Assembly (NCBI GenBank): GCA_001662655.1
Contig: KV460213.1
Direction: 5' to 3' (one strand)
DNA: 64,000 nucleotides
DNA from: Pseudogymnoascus verrucosus
Lineage: Eukaryota
Part shown: one piece after another, positions 44,260 to 56,282 of the stretch
How positions within the stretch are numbered: position 1 is the first letter of the stretch
Layout: the number at the start of each line of letters is the position of its first letter
Position numbers and translations under genes: made by a program
Notes under the pieces: generated by a model
What the model was told of the DNA's origin: nothing
The model's database searches: none
The model's input: only the letters and a program-made list of their open reading frames with translations

Positions 44260-47100
44260 ATGAAGTCTCAGGCTCTCCGTGTTTTGCCCGTTGTAGTTTC
44301 GCTCTTCGCACCTTCCATTTTGTGCCAGGATACCTTAGGTCTTGACGATGGTTATATAAGACTATCTACCACCAAATTTGATGTTCAAATTGTCAGCGAT
44401 GCTCAAGTACTTGCATCGCTGAAGCCAGCGGGGGGAACTTTTGACTTTCTCCCGTTCGATTATCTCCCTCTTCGAGCCAAGGACGGCCAATATCACTGGG
44501 GAGACATCACCTTTCGATATCGCACATCAGGAAGCACAGCATGGATCACGGGCGACTCTTCGAAGTCACGAAAGAAAGTAACCACACTTTCAACCGGAGC
44601 ACTGGCAGCTTCTGGGCTTGCACCCACCCTTCCTACGGGCCCCTTGAACATCACGCGGGAATGGATAGATGTGTCTGGAGACCTTGGTCTCCAGTTTACT
44701 ATCATAAATTCGGGATCCTCAGCCATCGAGATTGGAGGCCTGGGATTTCCAGCGGAGTTCAACAGCATATTCACAAACCGTCAAGCTAGTGATATGTTGC
44801 GGCTGTGTTCTCTCTCCGACCCTTACATTGGAATGCATGCAGGCCAGATTCGCGTTGCGCCTACAAGTGGAGATGGTCCGGCACTTGTAATAACTCCTAT
44901 TGGAGACACGCCGATGGAGGCCTATCGAAATCTGGCAGAGACTTACTACGAGGACACCGCCTACGGTAGTCAGGTTTTCGAGGGCTTTTACGAATGGCAA
45001 GTATTGAGTAAGGCTTGGGCTGAGAACGAGTGGTCTGGAAAGGAGCCCTGGAATGAGCCCTCTTCGAGAACGCTACAGCCGCACGAATCACTGAGGTATG
45101 GACTCCGATTCTCAGTCGCCCAAGGCGGTGTCAGAGATCTCGACTCGACAGTTCTAAGAACCGGGACACCTGTTGCTCATGGGGTTCCGGGGTATATCAT
45201 CCCCAGAGGCACAGCTGCAAACCTATTCCTCGAGGCGTCGTCTGCTGTCAACTCAACTACCGTGAAACCGGTTGGTGCCCTGACATTGGTTTCCGCTGGT
45301 GATGGACATTATACGGTAACACCTTCTACAAGTGCATGGGGCCGTGTGCGATTGACTGTGGCCTATGCGGATGGGAAAGTCCAGACAATTCACTACTATG
45401 TCACAAAGCCGGGGACAGAGGCAGTCGCGAGTCTCGGCCAGTTTCTCACGACAGATCAATGGTTCACCGACACCTCAGACCCATTTGGCCGAGCTCCCTC
45501 TGTAATGACATACGACTACGAAGCAGGATCTATAGTCAAACAAGACTCAAGAGCGTGGGTAGCTGGCCTCAGCGACGAGGGTGGGGCAGGCTCATTCCTT
45601 GCCGCATGTATGAAGCAGGCTGCGCAGCCCAACCAAGGTGAAATCACAAAACTTGAGTCATTCGTAGACGGTGTTCTGTGGAAAACCATCCAGACGCCCG
45701 ACTTTGCAGTTAGGAAGAGCATTTTCTTCTACGAGCCAGCTGCTGTTTCTGGGTATACTTATGACAGTAGCATCGATTGGACCAGTTGGACATCTTGGAA
45801 TAAAGCATCATCCTATGCGACCGATCGTGCCTACGACTACGTTCACGTCGCAGCAGCCTATTGGGGTCTCTACCGTGCAGGAAGGGCATATCCTAATCTC
45901 ATCAAGAGTCACACCTGGGATTGGTATCTCAACCAAGCTTACAACACAATTATTAGGGCTATGAAAGCCGATGTTGGTTATAATAAAGTCGGACTTATGG
46001 GAGAAACTGTTTTCGGCGAGATCCTCGCCGATCTCACTCGTGAGGGTCTCTCATCTCAGGCGAAGACTCTAACAGCGGCAATGAAATCTCGAGCGGATCA
46101 ATGGAATACCGAGGCAGTGCCTTTTGGCAGTGAGATGGCTTGGGACTCGACAGGACAGGAAGGCGTGTACTATTGGTCAAAGTAAGTTTATATCGGAGTT
46201 ACTCATCTACGTCCTTTAGCTTCAAAAATATGCACACGTTCTAGGGACAAAGTTAACTAACTTCACTAGATACTTTGGACATAGTAGCACGGTAACAAAG
46301 ACTGTAAATAGTGTGTTAGGGTTTATGCCAACTGTGCCTCACTGGGGATGGAACGGCAATGCACGACGGTACTGGGACAATATGTACGTATCCATTACTA
46401 TTATGGCCTGCCCTTATTCTTGACAACCTTTATTTCACTTTCTCACGGTGTAATATCCAGATACGGAGGCAAGCTCCGACGCATTGAGCGCCAAATCCAC
46501 CATTATGGATCTGGATTGAACTCCCTCGTTCTTCTTGGAGCATTCCGCAGTGACCCATCAGATTCCTACCTCCTTCGAGTTGGGTACGGCGGAACCAGTG
46601 GGCCAGTCTCCAATATCAACGAGGATGGGTTTGCGGCTGCATCTTTCCACTCCTGGCCCGATACCTTGAAATGGGACGGCCTCAGCGGAGACTATGGCCC
46701 TAATTTTGTAGGGCTCGTGCTTGGTACCGGGACATATGTCGTGCAGGATACTGTTGTCGGACTTGTCGCATATGGTGGTGTGCTAACCAGCTTGGGGGAT
46801 TCGGTCAGTGTGCAGACGGCAGACCCAGTGAGGAGGAGGATCTTCATCGGGCCGCTAGGGGTATTGATTAGTGTTGACGCTGGTATCATCGACAACTTCA
46901 GCTATGTGCCCAGCACTGGCGAGATCAGTGTTACTCTTTCGCAACTATCTAGTGTTCCGGTGGCAGCGAAGGCGGTGCTGTGGGCAGAAAGCACCACTGG
47001 GGCGAGAAACTACTCGGTCACGGCTTCTGGAATCACTAAGACTCGGTTGGGCTGGCAGATTCCTTTATCGTCTGACAATGTTACCGTAAAATTAGCCTAG
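44260..47100 (+). CDS. Large secreted DUF5695-like putative glycoside hydrolase, 3 exons
   Basis: Signal peptide; AGLSDEGGAG, RAYDYVH, GLMGET, PFGSEMAWDSTGQEGVY, PHWGWNGNARRYWD, ERQIHHYGSGLN, SGDYGP. Introns 46182-46270 and about 46383-46460. Confidence 0.8.
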
Positions 47101-47913
47101 TCACTGTTTTATCGGAATACGACAATTGAGTAATAAGAATCTGGCATCAGTGATTTAATTGTGTAAATCAATCATCGCCGTTAGGCCCTCGTAGGCCCGA
47201 CACTGCTCGTTTATCGACTCCATTTCCCTTCCGTGAAAATAGCAAAGCAGCACCCCTTAGCGCCGAGCTGTTATACAAAGGTTAGGGCCTATAGCCCCCA
47301 GTACCTGTTACCTGTTTATTGCCATCGCAGGTGTCCATAATGGAACTAGAAGCGTATGTCTATACAATCGCAATTTGTCCGCGGTGTGGGCGTAATTATC
47401 CGCGGCCGAGAATAGCGTGTGGATTAAACCGAGTAGTAGTGTAAAATAATGAACGAGCTTATTGGGAATAATGGGGATATGAGCCAAGTATATGTTCCAG
47501 CCCAACCACGAACGGGTGGTTGTATTCGCGAATACGCTGGCCCATTCACGAATTCCGAGATCATCACAAGTAGCGGGTCTAGTATTTCGGAATAACAAAT
47601 TATTGGCTGGTTCGCCCAACTAGGTACCCCGCATGCCCAGAGTGCGACGACGCCCACTGAATTCAAATGCTTATTACTACGACGTGGTTGTATACGCGTA
47701 TAGCTACTCTGTCGCATGGCGAAGACGAGGGAAAGAAAATAACAGGGTAGTAATATTTTATGTCAACGTAGTAGCTTTCGATTTGCAAGCTTAATAGGTG
47801 AGTCTGACAAAACCAAGAACTGATTTTAAAAGTTAAGTTGTCCTCGTTGCGACTTGTTCCTTCAAACAAACATTAGAAAAGCCAGGCAATCCGTGCTATT
47901 TTGAAACTCTATC

Positions 47914-50598
47914 ATGGCATCTATTATGTTTTCCCAGAGAACTCTCTATCGCCATAAATTCTGGGCGATACTGTTTACTTTGATCTCGGTTGTGGCTTGC
48001 GAGCGTGATTCTTCTTATATCAGGTACGCTGGGAGGGAGGGCGTTTTGAAATCTGTGCTAAACTTTCATCAGCCAGAAGCAATTCGCTCCTGTGGGTATT
48101 GCCTTGGGGAATTCACCTTCGTGGAATACAACCAAAGGCGGATCCTTCCAATTGACGCCATCGACGCCTATTGCGACATTGGACTATGGAACTGAGGCCG
48201 CTGGCTATCCTTTCTTCGCCGTCTCATCTGTCACTGGACGTGTCCAGATAGAGGTCAAATACTCCGAGGAGTTTAATGGCTTGCTCGCCAATTTCTCTGA
48301 TGGACCTCTTCCATTTAACATCGGACTCTCAAACTCGTACCGAGTAGAGACATTCCAAGTCACTAAGTCAGGGTACTTAGAGGCCTTTCTCCTCCAGGGT
48401 GGTCAAAGGTGGCAATCGATACGTCTTCTGACTGAGGGAGCCATTACCTTCTCATCCGTTGGTTTTGTTCCCTCAGTCCCAATCTTAGATATCGATCATA
48501 TCCCAGGGCAATTCAAATGTGACGACGACAGGCTCAACAACATATGGAGACTTGGAGCCAAAGCTTCGACAATGTCGTGCATCGGCCAAGGCTCCCAGAA
48601 AGCGATGTGGCAGGTGAACCCAACTGGTGCCTCTATACGCGGCATGAGATCTGGTCTTAGCGCGAAAGGCGCCTTCCTAAAAGATTACACATTGGAATTT
48701 GATGCACGTATCGAACGAGGCGGCATTGGCTGGGTGGTGGTGAGGATAATGAACCCATATTACTCTTTTGACACAGACTAAATCCGAATACGTAGGCCCA
48801 CCCACTTGCATCGCCAGCTAAGGGCATTCAATTGAATCTCGTCGGCAACCTCCCCCCTTCAACGAGCTTTGTTAATACTAATACGTCTCTCACTCCTGCC
48901 AATTCTGTCGTACTTGGTTATGGGTACTCGATTGTCAATGTCACAACTCTCACTTCGTACCTCCTCGATACCTTCCAAACACCATTCTCAATTGAGGAAA
49001 ATACTTGGTACAAAGTTCTGACCGTGCTAACGGGAGGCCAGTATCTCTATGTTTCGATTGAGGGCACCCAAGTCTTCAACGTCTCATTAAACTCATACTA
49101 TACGGGTGGGGCTGCAATCCCTACTCGAGGCTCATTCGGCTTCGGCGGGTGGCAAGACCAGTGGGGAACTATCCGAAATGTCACTGTCACAGATACCACA
49201 AATGGCACAACAATCTACCATAATCCTATGACAGACAGCTCCTCTGTTATTGCGGAGTACGGCGTTCACTCCAACTATGCCCCCATTTGCCTTGATGGGC
49301 CCAAACGTGACCGTCTTGCCTGGCTCGGAGATTTCTACCACACCGTGCGCGTGGTTGGCGCAAGTACAGCGCGTCACGATCTCATCAAAGGAACACTCTC
49401 ATACTTCTTGAGCTGGCAAACCCCTACTGGACTGCTGCCGTATGCCATACCCATTAGTTACTCTCCCTCCATCGCCTACAGCGCTTTTGCAAACGGCGCT
49501 GGTGGTCAGTTGTTCGGCTACGAGATCTGGGGTGTTATTCTGGCTGACTACCAGATTCCTGGCTTGCTCTCGTTCACTAATTACATAGCTCTAAGCAATG
49601 ACCTTGACTACGCCCGCACGACCTGGTCGCAATGGCAATTGCAAATTGGGTGGTTGTTAAGCCAGATCGACGGTTCTACCAACCTGCTTTCCCTTGGCAA
49701 CGCCTTCCTTGGGCCCGGGATCGCGGGTTCTGCTGTCAATTGCGCATTAGTCCAGGCCCTAGACACGTCCGCTCAAGTGGCTACCGCCATCAATGACACC
49801 CAATCTGCATCCAGGTACTTTACTGCAGCCACGAATCTAGCAGCAGCTGTCAACAAGAATCTCTGGAACCCAACACTAGGGGTCTACGCTCTTGCTATCG
49901 ACTCTCCAAGTGATTACTCTGTCAGTGCCTGTGGCTTTTGTATCACTTCCGGGACTGCCAATGCCAGCCAGGCCACAGCATTTCTGTCAGCTATGGAGAC
50001 CCTCCGCCTCGGGCCCGGCTACAAAGACTCGACGAAGTCTAACAGCTTGGATGCCACAGTTAATATATCGCCTAACACCAACGGCTTCCTTCTCGGGGCC
50101 CTACTATCGCAATCGCCGGTGCAACGAAATATCACTGGTATAAGTTCTGTGGCCAAGGACCTCCTCTACTCTCTTTGGGGAGCAATGTTAGCGGACAAAA
50201 GGACGTCTACAGGGGCAAGCTGGGAATACCTCTCTGTGGCAGGCACGCCGGGGCTGGGATTATTTACAAGTCTATCGCATCCCTGGGGTGGGGCGCCCAC
50301 GTATCTGCTGACGGAATGGGTAGCGGGCATCCGACCTGCCGCAGGTTTAGACGGGTTTGGTTACCGAAATTGGGTGGTCGATCCATCAATAGGGATAGCG
50401 ATGGGGTTAAAAAGTGCAGCTGGAAGTGTAACCTCGGGGTTCGGGGGTTTGGTGGAAGTGAAATGGCAGTTTGGTGGTGGAAAAGTTCTAGATATAGAAA
50501 TCAAGGCGCCAGCAACAACGAGTGGGATATTTGAACTCGGCACAAAGAAACAGTTACTAGGTGGGAAGTCGAAGTATCGTCTTAGAATTATAGTTTAG
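47914..50598 (+). CDS. Secreted GH78 alpha-L-rhamnosidase-like protein, 3 exons
   Basis: LDYG.E.AG, QGGQRW, GQFKCDD..LNNIW, CLDGPKRDRLAWLGD, ASWEY and SLSHPWGGAP motifs. Confidence 0.88.
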
Positions 50599-51134
50599 TT
50601 AAATAAATAGCTTGGGGTGTCAATGATTGAGAAAGCACTGTGCCATGGTTTAATCACATTGTTCAATGTTATCTCGTGCATCGTCGCGCGAAGTCCGAAA
50701 AATGTGATCGCAAAAGTAATATCACTCGGGACTTCTGCGGTGCCAACAAGCCACCAAGGAAATCATTTCAAGTGGGGCGCGATATAATTTACAAGCTCAC
50801 CAAGCAACGATGAATGCTAAAGAAGCCAGGGGGGGAACAGGGATAGTACACATTACAGGCATCTTACTTCAAAATGTTCGCTAATTTCGCACCATTAATA
50901 GAAGCTATGAACGGCTACTATTGATCCCTGATGGGTAAATATGAAATTCATTTAAGTCCGTGGATCCCCCTCGTTCACTTCCCACCTCCCACAGCAAAAC
51001 TACTTTGCTGGGGGAATTTCTGTCTTTTTGAGCAGGTGAGAGCATTCCGTCGGCACCCAATCACCACCACCAACTTTAACTAACATAATAATTTTCCAGG
51101 GCGACACAGAATCTTCCTTCATAGAGATTTCATC

Positions 51135-52130
51135 ATGAAGTTATATAGCCAGGTTCTGGTCCTTCTTGGCCTGGTGTGTTGCGCCATTGCAGCCACTGCA
51201 AGCCAGAGCAACTCGGTAAATGGGCTGGATTTTGTTTATCCGTATCCTGTTAAAAGCTATCGGTTCACCTCGCAGAGGAAGAAGTTGACTATGTCATACA
51301 TGGACGTTTCTCCAAAGGGAACTTCAAAAGGAAACATCGTCCTTCTCCATGGCAAGAACTTCTGTGGCGCCACTTGGATAGCGACTATCAAAGTCCTTGT
51401 CGAAGATGGGTATCGCGTTGTCGTTCCTGATCAAGTGGGATTCTGCAAATCGACGAAGCCCAGCGAATATCAATTTACGCTAGAAGCTCTAGCTACAAAC
51501 ACCAACGGCCTTCTCCACGAGATAGGAATCACGAATGCCACGATTATGGGTCATTCAATGGGTGGCATGCTGGCCGGACGATACGCTCTTATGTTTCCTA
51601 CGGAGACCTACCGCCTCGTGATGGTTGATCCCCTTGGTCTTGAAAACTGGTTCGCCCTTGGAGTTCCATATCAAATTCCAGATGCCTCATACCTAACGGA
51701 GCTGGCTACGACATATACTAGCATCAGAAATTATCAGCAAGCTACCTACTACTCTGGAACTTGGGAGGATTCCTACGATGTCTGGGTTTATATGCTCCTT
51801 AGTATCTATGAGGGTCCATTGGGAGACCACTTTGCGTGGAATATGGCCGCTACAACCGACATGGTTTTTACTCAACCTATCATCTACGAACTTCCTAACT
51901 TGAAAATGGAATCTCTTCTTGTGGTCGGCGGCAAGGATAACACAGCGATTGGAAAGGCGTGGGCACCAGATGCCGTCAAGCCATTGTTAGGTCAGTACGA
52001 GATTCTAGGCAAGCAAGTCTCAGCACAAATTCCTGGATGTACTTTGGTTGAATTCCCCGATCTTGGTCATTCTCCTCAAATCCAAGACCCAGACAGTTTC
52101 CATGCGGCATTGCTGAACTGGTTGCCATGA
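51135..52130 (+). CDS. Secreted alpha/beta hydrolase (Abhydrolase_1), intronless
   Basis: Signal peptide; VLLHGKNFC, PDQVGFCKS, nucleophile GHSMGG, GGKD, LGHSPQ. Confidence 0.9.
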   Translation: MKLYSQVLVLLGLVCCAIAATASQSNSVNGLDFVYPYPVKSYRFTSQRKKLTMSYMDVSPKGTSKGNIVLLHGKNFCGATWIATIKVLVEDGYRVVVPDQVGFCKSTKPSEYQFTLEALATNTNGLLHEIGITNATIMGHSMGGMLAGRYALMFPTETYRLVMVDPLGLENWFALGVPYQIPDASYLTELATTYTSIRNYQQATYYSGTWEDSYDVWVYMLLSIYEGPLGDHFAWNMAATTDMVFTQPIIYELPNLKMESLLVVGGKDNTAIGKAWAPDAVKPLLGQYEILGKQVSAQIPGCTLVEFPDLGHSPQIQDPDSFHAALLNWLP

Positions 52131-52839
52131 AGCTATGTTTGATGCGGTGGCGATATCAAGGAAAGTTTATGCATATGAGCTGGGTGTGGATGCGAAACAA
52201 AACGTTGTCATTTGATGATGCTTAGTCACCAATCCCTCTTCAAATATCATGACATTTCACTAGAGTGGCGGGATATTATAACGAATTAACATGTGGGAGC
52301 TCTTTGCCGTAGGATGTTCCACTCAAAATAAAGAAGGATGTTGGTTACACAAAACGTCTAGGTTCAAGTTGGAACACAACTGACAGGGGGAGTCTGGAGG
52401 GGTCTTAGATTTCGCCGGATTCTCCTCCAATCTGCCTGCGTTTTTCATTTGGATAAATACATGACGCTCTCGCTTCGCCATGTTCTGCGTCGTCAACATC
52501 CCTGACGTTAATTTCGATCCAACGTCAGCGCATGAAGTTTTATTAAGAACAGGGACCCGCTACACTTGCCATTTATTATCAGTAAGATTTCATGGCAGGG
52601 AAATTCAGTACCTAATCAGCTCATAGCATAATGTATCCTCGTACTTCATATTGATTTCAGCAAGGATGCAGACTTGAGGTTTTAGCTGCAGACAAGACCA
52701 AGAAATTAGTCGCCGGAAGCACATATGATGGGTAACATCTGCCCAGAGCTCCACCAGTGTTCATCGGACTGACACTCCTAGTTCGAGAAGTAGCCGCCGC
52801 CAGTATACCACAGGCTAACGCCTGATCCTTCACCACATC

Positions 52840-54248
52840 ATGGCAATTGACAACTCGGACATCCATCATGGGGATTTCGAGAAGATAGCTTGCATCGTTT
52901 TTGTTTCTATTACTCCTGCATTCCTCATCGCACGGTTTGCAAGTAGGATTTTAGACAAACAAGTTGGAAATGATGACTGGGCATCACTCGCGGCTTTTGT
53001 GGGTTTTTTTCTGCTATTGGCGAACAACCTCAAACGAAATGGGAAATCATTCACTGATGTAAATATAGATCTTTACAATGGCTTGCAATATTCAGACTCT
53101 CGTTGGTAAGTATCTTTGGGTTTTGGTCTTTCGGGAATCGAGAGATTCAGGGTTCTGACCCTCATCTAGCAATTGCGCATGGTTGGGGCCGTCATAAACT
53201 TAATCTGAATGCTGAGCAGCTTCGGATATGTCTCATAGTAAGATGCGCCAATCTTGTTAATTAGTATTACCAGTTGTTGGTTACGCTAATATCACAAAAA
53301 GTTTCATTACGGATTTCAATTGACCTATAAATTGGCCGTGGGCTTCAACAAGGCATCCATCTTACTTCTCTACTTACGGATCATGCCCCAACGATTTTAC
53401 CGGGTCAGTATATATAGCCTTTTGGCCGTCGTTGGCTTATTCGCATTTGCAACAGTCATTGCTGGCATCTTTCAGTGTATCCCCGTCGATAAAGCGTGGA
53501 ACAAGAGCAAGCCAGGCCATTGCTATAACTTGGTAGATGCCTGGTACTCGAATGCCGTTTTCTCAATCACCACTGATTTCCTCATTCTGTTTCTTCCTAT
53601 GCATATGGTATACAAGTTACAGAGAGCCAGGCGGGAGAAATTTCTGCTGTATGCAGTATTTGGATTTGGATTCTTGTACGTTGCTAGACAACCTCTTCGT
53701 ATCTACGAGATTCGTATAGCGGCTAACAAGCGGGCAACAGTATTACATTCACTAGTATCATGCGTTTCTTCGCTCTGAAATCCGCGAAGAATCCTGACAC
53801 CACATGTAAGTGTATCTCGCATGTTGAGAAAACACTAGTGATAGCTTACAATATTCCAGACGACATTACCTCCGGTTTCTGGTCCGTAATCGAAATCAAT
53901 GTCGGCGTCATCGTCATCTGCCTGCCTCCTCTACGTACTCTGCTCTCCCGTCAATTCTCATTCTTCAACCGCAGTCGCAGTCGAACCGATGGCGGACCGT
54001 ATCACGCGCATTCTGATGAGCCCTCCCAGTTGGTGACAATTGGCGGCTCTGGACCTCGCGGCCAGACACGCAAGAAAGGAGAACCAGATGACAGTGAAGA
54101 AGAGTTGGTTACAGGAGATAATAGTGTACGAGTAATGGATGGATCCATATTAAAGAAAACGGAGTTTGTTATTTCTGAAAGAGGTGTGAGGGAAGGTGAT
54201 GTGGATGATCAACGTGTACTTAAACCTTGGGAGAACCCTGGTCGATGA
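52840..54248 (+). CDS. PTH11-like (fungal rhodopsin-domain) integral membrane receptor, no CFEM domain
   Basis: ARF..R....G.DD, HGWGRH, KASILLLYLRI, IFQCIPV..AW, TDFLILFLP, WSVIEINVGVIVICLP. Multiple introns. Confidence 0.88.
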
Positions 54249-55020
54249 GGGTGCTGGAAGCCATACCCATCGCCACGTCGTTGTCCGCTGAATCTAACGA
54301 AGTGTTACTCGGTGTAATCAGAGAACTAAGGGGCGCATCGCATCACGGGTAGATGTCCGTAACAGGGGTTATTAATATCGGCCAGATGGGGACATTCAGA
54401 TGTTGTCAGACTTGGCGGGTGGACTACGATATGGCGATGGGCATTACTTCTAGAAGTTGTGTGTCAGACATCTATGTCGCAAGTCATCACGCACTTAAAG
54501 GATCATTTGGTATAGACAGTTACGTGGCGAGAGTTGTCCCTTCACATAGTATTAAAAGGGAATGATATATATTGCATTTGGGGATAATAATGACAACAAT
54601 AATACTTAATAGACTCTAGGATAAAGATGGGCTATTGAGAGCAAGATTATAGCTTGGAACGCTAGTCCAGTCCTTACATTATTCGTTAACTTCGTCGCAA
54701 GCTAGCGGCCACAATATCAGCAATTACTATGTTTTTACTGAAAATATAACAGCCTGAGCATAGTAGATCCCTCGGATTTAGAGCAAATCGGTGATGTCTG
54801 CTGAATACTTCCTCCCTCAAGACGTGCTGAAAGTGGTACGGATGAGAAGCTGAGCCCTAGAATCAGAAACATAGCCTGGATGCATAGCAATCCGGGATCT
54901 GGAAACCAGAACAGAATGTTGTATTGGATCAGTTACGGCATATCTTTTTGGCGGGCTTCGAGCCATCGAGTACCATATAGTTGTAACATTCCTAGTATTG
55001 GTTTTATCTGCAAAGCAGAA

Positions 55021-55938
55021 TTATCCACTCTCTCCCTCCAACCTGTTCAGAAATACCGCGACCTGAGCGTAAGCCCTTCGACCAGCCTCCATCTGGTTTT
55101 CGCGCTTCTTGTTCTTGTCAAAGCCATGATCGCAGTCCTCCATCCGCCTTAGCACTAAGTTTCTGCCACTCGCATGGCCGTCTGTTTTGATCCTCTCAGC
55201 TAGTGCCTCCATGTCTGTGGCTGAAACATCATGGTCCGCAGTAAATATTAGCATTTCCTGTGGAAAGTTGGTCGTATCAGCAAAGACTGGCGAGATGCGA
55301 GGGTCCCTAGCATCTTTGTCTCGTATGTAAGCCTCGCGGAAGACTTTCGTCCAGAATGACGGTCGTTCTCTGCCAGGCACAGGGGCTTTTCTCGTCGCTG
55401 GATCCCCGGCCATGCTAGGAGAAGGATAGAATCCAACGAGGGACTGAAAGGTACCATGGGGAAACAGGGTCGAGTTGACAAGTGCAAGGGTTCCGCCAGA
55501 TGAGAATCCACTAAGGGACACATGCGAAATCAGGTACTCATCTGGGTGGCTGAGTACGTACTTCACGGCGTCCTCGGCGTCGTTGACTGCTGCGGGGAAA
55601 GGGTTTTCTGGTGCCACACGATACTGGACGTCGAGAACTACGTGGCTGGTCTTCGTAGCGATGAACCGACAGAAAGGCTCATCAGCACCGTGATATTGGA
55701 GAGCAAACCCACTTCCGAAGAAGTTTATCAGTACAGGATGAGGCCCTCTAGCGCTTCCGGGCTCCCCACTCGGGTTATAGACATTAGCTTTGATGGTCCG
55801 CCCCTTGTCGCGAGATGGGATCCTCAAAACTAAGTCTGGCTTGGGTACTGGCAACGGAGCAACGAGTTGCACAAGGAGGCGCAGAGACGAGATAAGGAAT
55901 TTAAGGCGCAGGTACTGCAGGAAGCCAAACAGGCCCAT
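55021..55938 (-). CDS. Alpha/beta hydrolase (Abhydrolase_3/HSL-like esterase), intronless
   Basis: INFFGSGF, YRVAPENPFPAAVND, GFSSGG, DPRISP, ADHD, HGFD. Confidence 0.88.
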   Translation of the reverse strand: MGLFGFLQYLRLKFLISSLRLLVQLVAPLPVPKPDLVLRIPSRDKGRTIKANVYNPSGEPGSARGPHPVLINFFGSGFALQYHGADEPFCRFIATKTSHVVLDVQYRVAPENPFPAAVNDAEDAVKYVLSHPDEYLISHVSLSGFSSGGTLALVNSTLFPHGTFQSLVGFYPSPSMAGDPATRKAPVPGRERPSFWTKVFREAYIRDKDARDPRISPVFADTTNFPQEMLIFTADHDVSATDMEALAERIKTDGHASGRNLVLRRMEDCDHGFDKNKKRENQMEAGRRAYAQVAVFLNRLEGESG

Positions 55939-56282
55939 TGTCAATGCAATGATCGAGTTCTGGTTGCTGTAAGCTGCAGCCGTTACTTAAATCGCCGTTC
56001 GTGATGACTCGATCTCAACTCTACCAGTAACTGTTGTGGGATTGTATAGACACTGTTCGCGAAAATAGATGAGGGGAAATATAAATTCGGCTGTGATTTA
56101 GCCGATTACGTCAATGCTCATTTGCTCATGCGCAGCCAATGCCCAACAGGTGATGGAATTTTGAAAATGCGCATTGCAACAGCCGGGTGGGTTCCACGCA
56201 CGCACGCCCTCATGTTGGTGTTCTCTGCTTTCTCAGCCTTATTTTATTCTATAAATACTTGGTCGAATAATTATCTTCCGAA

